The position numbers were made by a program, and so were the translations under genes. This document shows positions 47,697 to 56,601 of a stretch of 64,000 nucleotides of DNA, piece after piece. Source of the DNA: Gammaproteobacteria bacterium UBA3067 (GTDB taxonomy: Bacteria; Pseudomonadota; Gammaproteobacteria; Pseudomonadales; UBA3067). The stretch spans positions 12,425-76,424 of the forward strand of contig DFBZ01000018.1 in NCBI GenBank assembly GCA_002366835.1, written 5' to 3'. Under the pieces are notes generated by a model, which searched no databases, was not told the origin of the DNA, and saw only the letters and a program-made list of their open reading frames with translations. Positions within the stretch are counted from its first letter, which is position 1; each line of letters begins with the position of its first letter.

Positions 47697-48899
47697 TTAA
47701 ATGCGTAGTCTTCTGGGTGCTTCATCAGTAAATGTCACGCCGTAATTTAACTGCAGCTCCAACCGTGCTGCTTCCCTTTGGGTTTGTTTGCCTTGTTTTA
47801 GAATTTTATTCAGGCTTTCTTCGTTAATGATTTCTCCGGCCAAGTAACGCTTTTCTGCCACAAAATTCTGACAACTTCTCTCATACCATTGGCGTATTTT
47901 TATATCATCGGGCCAAGGTAGTTTCCGATCTTTATCGTCTAACTCAACGGCATCCAAGATAACAGATTCTTTTGTCATCTTATTTTTTTCCAAATCAAGG
48001 CCAGTGATCATGAAGAATGAATGTCCGGCTAATCGAGCATGGCTTTCGTTTGACATCTGCTTTATCAACCAGGGTAAGGCGGTGGAATCACCCAATACTC
48101 CTATAGCACTGATTAACTTTCTTAAATTACCAGGGGTTTCACCTAGCTCTTGCGCCCAGGCTTTTGCTTCAGTTTTTGGCAAAGCCCGAAACGCAAAGTT
48201 TATAGCGTTATCTGCAAGGGCTACGTTGTCAAAAATAATGGGCTTTAAAAGACTGGCCTGAGTTTTATCCCCCAGTAACAGTGAAGCGAAAATGCTTGAA
48301 CACGCAATTTGTGCATTGTCATCTTTCACATGACACTGAATCTTTGGCAGCAAATCTTTACGTTGCATCATCCCTGCTGCGCGAATCAGACAAGAAAAAT
48401 ATTCTGGTGTGTTTTTTAACTGCTGATTGTTAAGCGCTGTATCTACTACTTCACCGCAATGAACACCGTGCAAAGCACAGGCGCAAACCCCCAAGCACAA
48501 ATAAGCCGGATTGTTCGCCTGCATTAATTTGCTTATCCCGCTTTTCACCCTTCCCAGGGGCAACCATGATAGTGCGGAAAGTAGAGCCTGGTAGGTTTGC
48601 TGGTTAAGGCAGCCTGTTTCAATTGCTTTTTTTATCCACTCATCTTTGTCACTGCTAAACGCCAGCACCACCGCTGTAAAAACCTCACCAGAATCTTCGA
48701 ACTGCAATGCCGCCTCGCAGGCTTTCCAGCCTGCCTCCCCATGTAGAAGCAAACCTTCCAGCTGCGCGTCAATGCGCCCTTCTAATTCAATGAGTCTCGC
48801 AAGTTCACAATCAGGGCTATTGATGGCCTGATCATGTAGCAACCAAAAAAAAGCGGCGTTTTCGGCCATTTTCATCGGTATTTCGTCAAAAGAATTCAT
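47697..48899 (-). CDS. helical-repeat (HEAT-like) protein, possibly TIGR02270 family, T6SS-island associated
   Basis: All-alpha repetitive sequence. The C-terminal 'IGVLGDSTALPWLIKQMSNESHARLAGHSFFMITGLDL' resembles TIGR02270-type proteins (from memory). The ATG at 48899 overlaps the DUF2169 stop (ATGA); the ORF track starts at 48989. Confidence 0.45.
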   Translation of the reverse strand: MNSFDEIPMKMAENAAFFWLLHDQAINSPDCELARLIELEGRIDAQLEGLLLHGEAGWKACEAALQFEDSGEVFTAVVLAFSSDKDEWIKKAIETGCLNQQTYQALLSALSWLPLGRVKSGISKLMQANNPAYLCLGVCACALHGVHCGEVVDTALNNQQLKNTPEYFSCLIRAAGMMQRKDLLPKIQCHVKDDNAQIACSSIFASLLLGDKTQASLLKPIIFDNVALADNAINFAFRALPKTEAKAWAQELGETPGNLRKLISAIGVLGDSTALPWLIKQMSNESHARLAGHSFFMITGLDLEKNKMTKESVILDAVELDDKDRKLPWPDDIKIRQWYERSCQNFVAEKRYLAGEIINEESLNKILKQGKQTQREAARLELQLNYGVTFTDEAPRRLRI

Positions 48900-49933
48900 G
48901 CGACACCCTGATGTTTTTGGCTCAAATAATTGATATCGACTTGCTCGATATTTAACGTTTCTTTGTCGCAGGGTGTGCAGGCTCGCCATACAACAGAGAA
49001 CCGGTTCTGGTCGGGTTCAATAAGTACGGTTTCCATAAACAAAGGGGGTTTCTCTTTTCGATTTTTTATATGGACAAGCACTTCAAGAGGGTTTACTGGC
49101 AGGCAAAAATTCAGCTCGCCAAAGGGGCTTGCATTTTTAATCTGAACGGATTCGCTTCCCTCCAAATATTTCTCGGTAATTAAGTCCTGATGCGCCATAT
49201 TAAAAAAACGCTTATCGAAATCATCTGGAAGATAAGGGGCGGTATTTTTTTTCCAAACTTCGTCGTAGGTTCCCGCGTACTGAAACCTTGGTTGCCAAGC
49301 CGGGGAGATAAAACCAAAACAGGCAGGTGCTGGTTGGTCATGGCTGGTGGAAATTAGCTGCCTGGGGTCTTCCAAATTTGGCAGCTGGATTCCATTTATT
49401 TCCTTGCCTTCTCGTTTTCCGATAAAACCCTTACCAATCGGGTTACGGGGATCACTCAGAGTAGTGGTTTCATTTTTATCTTTTTCTTGGGTTATATGCA
49501 TGCCGCCATAAGCCTTCTCATAAACCAGGGGCATTTTTTCAAAGGGAGCTGAGGGACTTATGTTTCCGTTTTTCCACTCGCGATCACCAAATACAGCAAG
49601 CTCTAATTTTTGTCTGGCGACTTGTAACGAAACGTTCAGATGGCTGATTAGAGGGGTATTTTCCGCTTGAGCGTTACCGATAAGAATAATATCTGTTGCA
49701 GCTTTACCCAGGTGCATATCAGATGCATATTTTATACTCGACTGAGCGGGTTCGCCCCAATAAACGTCCCCCTGAAACGGTGGAATTTGTGTTTCCAGTA
49801 ATTTCACTTTTGGTAGAATTTCAAAACTGGCTTTCAAAATAATATAGAGGGTATCGATACCCTTTTCGTTTGGAAGCACGGTAATCGCTGGTGAAATGGC
49901 GGTATTATTTTTTAACTGCAACATGGGGGACAA
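48896..49933 (-). CDS. DUF2169-family T6SS accessory/adaptor protein
   Basis: The N-terminus 'LKNNTAISPAITVLPNEKGIDTLYIILKASFEI', together with size and position after vgrG, fits DUF2169. TTG start at 49933 or ATG at 49924. Confidence 0.65.
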   Translation of the reverse strand: MSPMLQLKNNTAISPAITVLPNEKGIDTLYIILKASFEILPKVKLLETQIPPFQGDVYWGEPAQSSIKYASDMHLGKAATDIILIGNAQAENTPLISHLNVSLQVARQKLELAVFGDREWKNGNISPSAPFEKMPLVYEKAYGGMHITQEKDKNETTTLSDPRNPIGKGFIGKREGKEINGIQLPNLEDPRQLISTSHDQPAPACFGFISPAWQPRFQYAGTYDEVWKKNTAPYLPDDFDKRFFNMAHQDLITEKYLEGSESVQIKNASPFGELNFCLPVNPLEVLVHIKNRKEKPPLFMETVLIEPDQNRFSVVWRACTPCDKETLNIEQVDINYLSQKHQGVA

Positions 49934-49979
49934 CTACTTCTATGTGAGAAAAACTTAACTGCTTAACACTAACTTGCAA

Positions 49980-50534
49980 TCAGTTTATTTGAACTGACCC
50001 GCCTAAAATTCGATGAGTACCACTTGATCGACTGGAAATATAGCTGCCCCTTAAAAGTATTTTTCCATCTTTGCTTAGGGTGATACTTGCTTTGCCACAT
50101 TTGAGTGTCATTTGTTCTTTTGCTTCGATACAGTGTTCTTTTCCATCGACGATAATATCTAGACTTTTTTCTTCTGCCTCTGTCGAGGGCGAAGGTAAGT
50201 TTTGATCTAACCATTCCTCGCTGGACTTCTGAGTATTGCTTCCATTTTCCAGGACATCCATCATTTCACAATGAATGATGCCGATAATCACCGGTTGACT
50301 GAGGTCTCCACCATTAAAAAGTAATGCGGCTTCTCTGCCAATATTTTTCGCTTCAATGGGAATTGTCGCTAACGCTAACACATGCCTCCCAGAGCGATTA
50401 TGGGGATAGTCAACATACACGCCACTTTGATCAACTTTTTTAATGTAGCCAATAACAACTTCTCCAGGAGAAATTGCCGAGGAGTGTTCAGTCGTGACTT
50501 TTCTTCCTGAAATAGTGTCGTGATCTTTTATCAA
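49980..50534 (-). CDS. small VgrG-associated protein with a gp5/VgrG-like C-terminal beta-helix rung
   Basis: 184 aa. The TTG start overlaps the vgrG stop (TTGA). The C-terminus 'MTLKCGKASITLSKDGKILLRGSYISSRSSGTHRILGGSVQIN' parallels the VgrG end 'VFKTGNAQIVMKKNGDITLKGKNISVQGSGDVVLKGAKVTTN'. Confidence 0.5.
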   Translation of the reverse strand: MIKDHDTISGRKVTTEHSSAISPGEVVIGYIKKVDQSGVYVDYPHNRSGRHVLALATIPIEAKNIGREAALLFNGGDLSQPVIIGIIHCEMMDVLENGSNTQKSSEEWLDQNLPSPSTEAEEKSLDIIVDGKEHCIEAKEQMTLKCGKASITLSKDGKILLRGSYISSRSSGTHRILGGSVQIN

Positions 50535-52555
50535 TTTGTTGTCACCTTTGCGCCTTTGAGAACTACATCGCCGGAGCCTTGTACTGAGATATTTTTACCT
50601 TTTAATGTTATATCGCCATTCTTTTTCATAACAATTTGCGCGTTACCGGTTTTAAATACAATTTCATCCTCAGCCACCATCACGATTTTTTTAGCTTGTA
50701 CGGAATAATTTTCGGTTACTGTCAGGATCGATTCGCCGCCTACGTTTTCCGAGAGATCTTTTCCTATGTTTATGCTTTCGTTGCTGCCAATGCTGATAGA
50801 TAGATCTGTTTCCACAGAAATATCCTGATTTTTTCCTATGCTGACAGTTTGATTATTGCCTATGGTAATGGTTTGGTTATTCCCAATGCTGCTACTTTGG
50901 TCATTCCCTACTGTATTGGTTTCATTGTTGCCAATATCTTTTGTTCTGTCATTCCCGATGGTATTAAATTGATCATGTTCAACAGCAGTCGATTGATCAT
51001 TTTCTACGTGACTGTTGTAGTCTTTCTCAGCATGAACATAGACTTCTTCGCTATCTTTTTTATCTTCAAAACGAATTTCATTAAAGTTTTGAGGTGTGCC
51101 GCCTTTAGAGCTTCGGCTTTTAATGCCACTTTGGGTTTTATTTGCGGGTAATTCATAAGGGGGCATGTTGTCATCGTTATAGACTCGACCGGTAATAAGT
51201 GGTCTATCTGGGTCCCCTTCCAGAAAATCCACAATCACTTCTTGCCCTATACGGGGAAGGTGAACCCCTCCCCAATTATTCCCTGCCCAGATATGGGCGA
51301 CACGAATCCAGCAGGAGCTATTTTCATTTGCTTCACCATAACGGTCCCAATGAAACTGCACTTTTACACGGCCATATTCGTCAGTATGAATTTCTTCTCC
51401 TTGAGGGCCAACCACAATGGCGGTTTGAATACCCCGCACGATCGGTTTTTCGGTGTCGCGAGGCGTACGAAATGCTTGCTCAGCATCGATAACCCCTATA
51501 GATATAGTAAAATTGGTTTCGTTGTCATTTTGGACCTTCGATTCATATTCTTGAGGACCTAGGTGGTACGAGGCGGTCGAGATCAGGTATTGCCTATTTT
51601 GGTCTTCTCGAAGAAAGTGGTTTGTCAGTGTAAACAAGCTGCCTACAAAAAGGCCTCCTGCATTGCCCTCCCCTTGCGCTGTTTCATGTTGTGCCTGTAG
51701 CTCTTCGATGCGGTTACGTGCGTAGTTTTCGCCATCAGAACTTTCAACATATGCACCAGGGTAATCATAAATTTCGTAATTTGCTTTTTCATGTTCACGC
51801 GGTTGCGTTGCACTAACCAGAAGGTTAGCCTTCGGTTTTTTGAAATCAAATCCATTCAGCACGTAGGCTCCAGGCTGTATGTGCTGGCTTAGTGTCCACG
51901 AATACAGATGGTCTCGCTCACGGCGTTTATTTTCTTCCAGTGGGTAGTAGGGTACTTCTTCGTAACCGGGCACAGCTTCATGGGCATTAACTGAATCGGC
52001 CAGCACCAGGGTGTGCTTCCTGTCTTCGTGTTTAAAATAGTAATAGATTCCCTCTTGCTCTAAGAGGCGGCTGATAAAATTAAAGTCCGTTTCACGGTAT
52101 TGAACACAATACTCCCACTCACGGTGAGAGCCCGTTAGGGATTCTTCAAAATCGCTAAAACCATGTTCTCGGAAAACGTCTTTTACAATGTCCGGCACGG
52201 TTTTATTTTGAAATATACGGCTGTCTGCGTTGCGCGTTAAGAACCAAAACCAAGGGCGAAGTGTTGCCCGATATAGCGATAAATCACCATGGCTTCCTGC
52301 CTGGGTGAAACCACTAACAATGCCATTAAAATAACGAACTTCCTTATCTAGTCGTTGATATTGCACGGTCATACTTTGGCCAAGCATTTCCTGAAAGTTA
52401 ATTTCAGGGTTGGCGCTCAACAGGTCTAGATCAAACTTAAAGAGCTCACCCAGCTTTTCATTGGCGGTCATACGGTGAAACAGCAAAACATCGTCGTCTA
52501 AGATGGTTTTTACTGAGATGCTTCTATTAGCTTGTGTTGCCTTCAAACTTGACAT
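50531..52555 (-). CDS. vgrG: type VI secretion spike protein VgrG (no C-terminal effector domain)
   Basis: 674 aa. gp27-like N-terminus ('VKTILDDDVLLFHRMTANEKLGELFKFDLDLLS', 'YCVQYRETDFNFISRLLEQEGIYYYF'), gp5 OB region ('VVGPQGEEIHTDEYGRVKVQFHWDR') and C-terminal beta-helix repeats. Confidence 0.9.
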   Translation of the reverse strand: MSSLKATQANRSISVKTILDDDVLLFHRMTANEKLGELFKFDLDLLSANPEINFQEMLGQSMTVQYQRLDKEVRYFNGIVSGFTQAGSHGDLSLYRATLRPWFWFLTRNADSRIFQNKTVPDIVKDVFREHGFSDFEESLTGSHREWEYCVQYRETDFNFISRLLEQEGIYYYFKHEDRKHTLVLADSVNAHEAVPGYEEVPYYPLEENKRRERDHLYSWTLSQHIQPGAYVLNGFDFKKPKANLLVSATQPREHEKANYEIYDYPGAYVESSDGENYARNRIEELQAQHETAQGEGNAGGLFVGSLFTLTNHFLREDQNRQYLISTASYHLGPQEYESKVQNDNETNFTISIGVIDAEQAFRTPRDTEKPIVRGIQTAIVVGPQGEEIHTDEYGRVKVQFHWDRYGEANENSSCWIRVAHIWAGNNWGGVHLPRIGQEVIVDFLEGDPDRPLITGRVYNDDNMPPYELPANKTQSGIKSRSSKGGTPQNFNEIRFEDKKDSEEVYVHAEKDYNSHVENDQSTAVEHDQFNTIGNDRTKDIGNNETNTVGNDQSSSIGNNQTITIGNNQTVSIGKNQDISVETDLSISIGSNESINIGKDLSENVGGESILTVTENYSVQAKKIVMVAEDEIVFKTGNAQIVMKKNGDITLKGKNISVQGSGDVVLKGAKVTTN

Positions 52556-52860
52556 TAATTCCTCTCAACTCCCCGTTCGGCAATGCTGCTCTAACGCCTT
52601 GGGGTGAAATCCGAGCAGGCTGAAATTTTTCTAGCTCAAACTACAAGTGAACGGAAGATAGGCTAAAGCATGGTCAGCTGAAATGCCATTGTAAATTTTC
52701 CACGAAGTGATTCAGGCTCTGTGGGAGTATTGCTTTAAATAGCAGGAAGAACTGCGAAAGGAGCGCCACTCGGAACCGGTAACGCTTTAAGTACAAGGTA
52801 CTCAGGACATAACTCTAGCTAATAGGGGCTTCCTTGCCCCAAAAAAACCGAGCAACTAGT

Positions 52861-53187
52861 TCAGGCTTGTACTTGAACCGCTCCATTTACAACCTTAACG
52901 GGGTAGGTTTCGAGCTGAACGGATTCATCCTCTAAACATTTGCCGCTGCTCAACACAAAGTGCTGTTTGTATACGGGGGAAGCCACAACAATCTCACCTT
53001 TGAGGTCCCCTACCAAACCCCGTGAAAGCACGTTGGCTTTACTGAAGGGGTCGTGGTTATCCACTGCATACAACTCTTCACCCTCGCCAAGGCGGAAGAT
53101 GGCGACCTGCTTTTCATTCACCAGCGCACACACACCACTATCAGGTAAAACTTGATCTAATTGACAAACTTCTAACCACTTACTCAT
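52861..53187 (-). CDS. nirD: nitrite reductase [NAD(P)H] small subunit
   Basis: 'MSKWLEVCQLDQVLPDSGVCALVNEKQVAIFRL...VDNHDPFSKANVLSRGLVGD' is Rieske-like NirD. The start was set at ATG 53187; the ORF track starts at 53283. Confidence 0.85.
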   Translation of the reverse strand: MSKWLEVCQLDQVLPDSGVCALVNEKQVAIFRLGEGEELYAVDNHDPFSKANVLSRGLVGDLKGEIVVASPVYKQHFVLSSGKCLEDESVQLETYPVKVVNGAVQVQA

Positions 53188-53197
53188 TACTTTCACC

Positions 53198-55735
53198 TTA
53201 AGCTGTTTCGACTTCTTGAAGGGGAGCCTTTTCTTCTTCGCGAGCAGGTCGAATCTGCTCACGCTCTCGGACAAAGACCACATTGGAGTCGGCCTTCTCG
53301 CTGTTTACAAAATGAGTAAAACGCTGCACTGCTTTTTCATCCTCGATAGTGCGCTTCCATTCACATTCATAGTTATCGATCACGATCTGCATTTCGGCTT
53401 CGAGCTTCTCGCCAAGGCCCAGGCTGTCATTGATGACGACATCCTGAAGATAGGCCAAACCGCCTTCCAGATTTTCCATCCATACCGAGGTGCGTTGCAA
53501 ACGATCGGCGGTGCGAATATAGAACATGAAAAAACGATCGATGTATTTAATCAGTGTTTCTTTATCAAGATCCGACGCGAAAAGATCACCATGGCGTGGT
53601 TTCATACCGCCGTTGCCACAAACGTACATATTCCAGCCATTTTCGGTGGCAATAATACCCACGTCTTTACTCTGGGCTTCGGCACATTCGCGTGTACAAC
53701 CGGATACGGCGAGTTTTACTTTATGGGGGGAACGCAGACCGCGATAGCGTTTTTCCACTTCAATAGCCAGACCGACACTATCGTCCATTCCGTATCGGCA
53801 CCAGGTACTTCCTACGCAAGATTTTACTGTGCGCATGGCTTTGCCATAGGCATGGCCAGTTTCAAAACCCGCATCAACCAGTTCTTTCCAAATGTGTGGT
53901 AACTGTTCCATACGGGCGCCAAACATATCGATACGTTGGCCACCGGTAATTTTGGTGTAAAGGTCGTATTTCTTGGCCACTTCGCCAATAACGATCAGCC
54001 CTTCGGGTGTGATTTCACCGCCTGGAATACGAGGAACCACTGAGTAAGTGCCATCTTTCTGCAAATTGCCCAAGAAGTTGTCGTTGCTATCTTGTAGCGG
54101 AGTATTCTCTTTCTCAAGAACATACTTGTTCCAGCAGGACGCAAGAATGGAACCCACCGTTGGACGACAAATATCACAACCATGGCCTTTACCGTGTTTA
54201 GCGATCAGCTCTCCAAAGCTGCGAATTTCTCCAACACGGACAATATCGTAAAGCTCTTGCCGCGTATGATTAAAATGCTCACAGATGCTTTTATCTACTT
54301 CAACACCACGCTTTTCCAACTCGGAATCAAATACCTGCTTCACTAGGGCAGCACAGCCTCCGCAGCCTGTTGCAGCGGTGGTGCAAGATTTCAATTCAGC
54401 AAGTTCGGTGACTCCACCTTCAATAGCGCAGCATAAATCACCTTTGGTCACGTTATTACAGGAACAAATTTGTGCGGTTTCAGGCAGGGCATCGACCCCA
54501 AGACCAGCCGGTGCGCCATCGCTATGAGGAAGAATTAACGCATCGGGGCTTTCTGGAATAGCCATTTCATTGAGCATTAGCTGCAATAAGGTGCCATATT
54601 CTTCAGCATCGCCCACCAGCACTGCACCCAGTAATTTTTTATTATCGCCGCTAACGACGATCTTTTTGTAAACCTGCTTGATTTCATCGTTATAGCTGAA
54701 AGAACGGCTACCTTCGGTGCGAGCATGGGCATCGCCTACGCTGGCTACATCCACTCCCATCAACTTAAGCTTGGTGCTCATATCCGCACCGGCAAACTGA
54801 GCCTCTTTACCCACCAGATGATCGGCTGCAACTTTCGACATTTGCCAACCTGGTGCGATCAAACCAAAAATTCGCTGCTCCCACAGGGCGCATTCGCCGA
54901 TGGCATAAACATCTTCATCGGATGTCTGGCAGTAGTTATTGATGGTAATACCACCGCGTGGGCCAATCTCTAGGCCGGAGCTTCTCGCCAATTCATCTTG
55001 AGGACGAATACCTGCTGAGAAAACGATCAAATCCGTATTCAGCTCTTCCCCATCCGCAAAGCACATTTTGTGGGTGGCATCATCACCGTCGATAATTTCC
55101 TTGGTGTTTTTTTCGGTATGAACACAAACACCTAGTTCTTCGATTTTAGTGCGCAATACGGCACCACCACCGTCATCCACCTGAACAGCCATAAGTCGCG
55201 GCGCGAACTCTACCACGTGGGTCTGCAAACCGAGGTCTTTCAAGGCTTTAGCCGCTTCCAAACCCAGCAACCCCCCACCCACCACCGCGCCTACTTTGGC
55301 ATTTTTTGCGGCAGCAGCAATTTTATCCAGATCATCCAGGGTGCGATAAACAAAACAGTTATCTCGCTCGTGACCAGGTACAGGAGGAACAAAGGGGAAA
55401 GAACCCGTTGCCAGAATAAGCTTGTCGTAGTTTATCTCGACGCCATTGGCTGATTTAACCGTTTTAGTGGCCAGATCTATTTCAGTGGCTTTATCTTCAA
55501 GATAAACCTGAATATCATTTTCTTCGTAAAACCCTGGCTTCACTAAAGAAAGGTCATCAGCACTGTTGCCAGAGAAGTAAGAAGTGAGATGCACCCTATC
55601 GTAAGCCAACTTTGACTCTTCACAGAAAGTGGCGATCTCAAACTGTTTGTTCTCATCATTGCTCACCAGCTCTTCTATAAAGCGGTGTCCAACCATACCG
55701 TTTCCGATCACAACTACTTTTTGCTTACTGCTCAC
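53198..55735 (-). CDS. nirB: nitrite reductase [NAD(P)H] large subunit
   Basis: 845 aa, GTG start. FAD/NAD motifs 'VVVIGNGMVGHRF' and 'VVGGGLLGLEAA'. BFD-like 2Fe-2S Cys motifs. Sirohaem/4Fe-4S motif 'SGCTRECAEA...CGNGG'. Confidence 0.9.
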   Translation of the reverse strand: MSSKQKVVVIGNGMVGHRFIEELVSNDENKQFEIATFCEESKLAYDRVHLTSYFSGNSADDLSLVKPGFYEENDIQVYLEDKATEIDLATKTVKSANGVEINYDKLILATGSFPFVPPVPGHERDNCFVYRTLDDLDKIAAAAKNAKVGAVVGGGLLGLEAAKALKDLGLQTHVVEFAPRLMAVQVDDGGGAVLRTKIEELGVCVHTEKNTKEIIDGDDATHKMCFADGEELNTDLIVFSAGIRPQDELARSSGLEIGPRGGITINNYCQTSDEDVYAIGECALWEQRIFGLIAPGWQMSKVAADHLVGKEAQFAGADMSTKLKLMGVDVASVGDAHARTEGSRSFSYNDEIKQVYKKIVVSGDNKKLLGAVLVGDAEEYGTLLQLMLNEMAIPESPDALILPHSDGAPAGLGVDALPETAQICSCNNVTKGDLCCAIEGGVTELAELKSCTTAATGCGGCAALVKQVFDSELEKRGVEVDKSICEHFNHTRQELYDIVRVGEIRSFGELIAKHGKGHGCDICRPTVGSILASCWNKYVLEKENTPLQDSNDNFLGNLQKDGTYSVVPRIPGGEITPEGLIVIGEVAKKYDLYTKITGGQRIDMFGARMEQLPHIWKELVDAGFETGHAYGKAMRTVKSCVGSTWCRYGMDDSVGLAIEVEKRYRGLRSPHKVKLAVSGCTRECAEAQSKDVGIIATENGWNMYVCGNGGMKPRHGDLFASDLDKETLIKYIDRFFMFYIRTADRLQRTSVWMENLEGGLAYLQDVVINDSLGLGEKLEAEMQIVIDNYECEWKRTIEDEKAVQRFTHFVNSEKADSNVVFVREREQIRPAREEEKAPLQEVETA

Positions 55736-56095
55736 GCATCTCTCCGAACAAAGTTAAGTAAATTCATTTTGAGCGAACCTCCCTAGGAGTCGAAAAAAGT
55801 AGGGGCAACTAGGGGGTTCAGGCTCGAATGCACAAATTTAGCAAGTACCGTACCTACTTGAACATGAGCACCCTATATGACTGAAATAATGGGTATTTGC
55901 ATAGACCTTCCAGCCTAAACCATCACAACATATTGGGCCCTTCGGCGCAAAGTAGTGCGTAAAAATTGCACCAAGAACCGAGCGCACCATATTGGTGCTG
56001 CCTCAATCCCACAAAGGGCCAGCAACGACCTCAGAGCCGTCTATAATTTAACATAACTCCCCATTAGCAACAGCGGCCTTTCTCCGAGGTAAGCC

Positions 56096-56425
56096 ATGAG
56101 CAAACCAAAATCCATCGCCAATTTCCTAACCATACTGACTGATTTACACAATGAACTGGACAATGCCTACTGGGAAGCCAGCTGCCTAGAGCACAAAGAC
56201 ATTCTCTACAACATTATCGACATCATTCGAATTGAAGCTGCTGAACTAAATAAGCTAAGCGTGCAAGACCACCACTACCCCTATGAACCCATCACACAAG
56301 AAGTGAAAGATTTAAAAGAACGCTTGAAATTTCTCCATAAAAACATGGGGAAATATGTTTCCCGATCCAAAACGGCGCAAAACCTGGAACAACTATTACC
56401 CAAAATTTCTGAGAACGGCTTATAA
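56096..56425 (+). CDS. hypothetical helical protein (109 aa)
   Basis: ORF with a plausible RBS ('gaggtaagccATG'). No recognised motif. Confidence 0.4.
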   Translation: MSKPKSIANFLTILTDLHNELDNAYWEASCLEHKDILYNIIDIIRIEAAELNKLSVQDHHYPYEPITQEVKDLKERLKFLHKNMGKYVSRSKTAQNLEQLLPKISENGL

Positions 56426-56428
56426 AGC

Positions 56429-56577
56429 CTTAACAGGCTGTTGAAATTCGCTGAATTGAGTCAGATACAAGGCAAAATCAAGCGAAAATGCGGAGTTTAC
56501 ACGTGCAAATGAGCACTTTGAGCTTGGTTTTAACGCGGTAGATGACCAAGTCAGTAGAATTTCAACAGCCTGTTAAG
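56429..56577. repeat. MITE-like element, copy 1 (149 bp, perfect 21-bp terminal inverted repeats)
   Basis: 'cttaacaggctgttgaaattc' (56429-56449) is the exact reverse complement of 'gaatttcaacagcctgttaag' (56557-56577). The interior is ~90% identical to the inverted copy at 59214-59363. Confidence 0.85.
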
Positions 56578-56601
56578 CAACTCACCCTGCCAGACGCAAA
56601 T

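Noticed and set aside
50700-51010. Periodic DNA pattern inside vgrG ('attgttgccaat...', encoding GNNQT/GNDQS repeats)
   Set aside because: This is protein-level beta-helix repeat coding within VgrG, not an independent DNA repeat element.
52556-52860. Sigma-54 or other recognisable promoter upstream of vgrG
   Set aside because: I could not find a GG-N10-GC element with correct spacing on the minus strand, or a convincing -35/-10 pair, by eye. No promoter call is made.
53216-53902. 228-aa plus-strand ORF and other antisense ORFs inside nirB
   Set aside because: It lies entirely within and antisense to a strongly supported nirB. This is a typical shadow ORF.
55776-55818. Imperfect 10-bp hairpin in the nirB leader, considered as a NasR/NasT-type antitermination target
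   Set aside because: It is a single bulged stem with a 22-nt loop and no following U-tract. No regulator gene is in the window, so there is not enough to claim a regulatory RNA.
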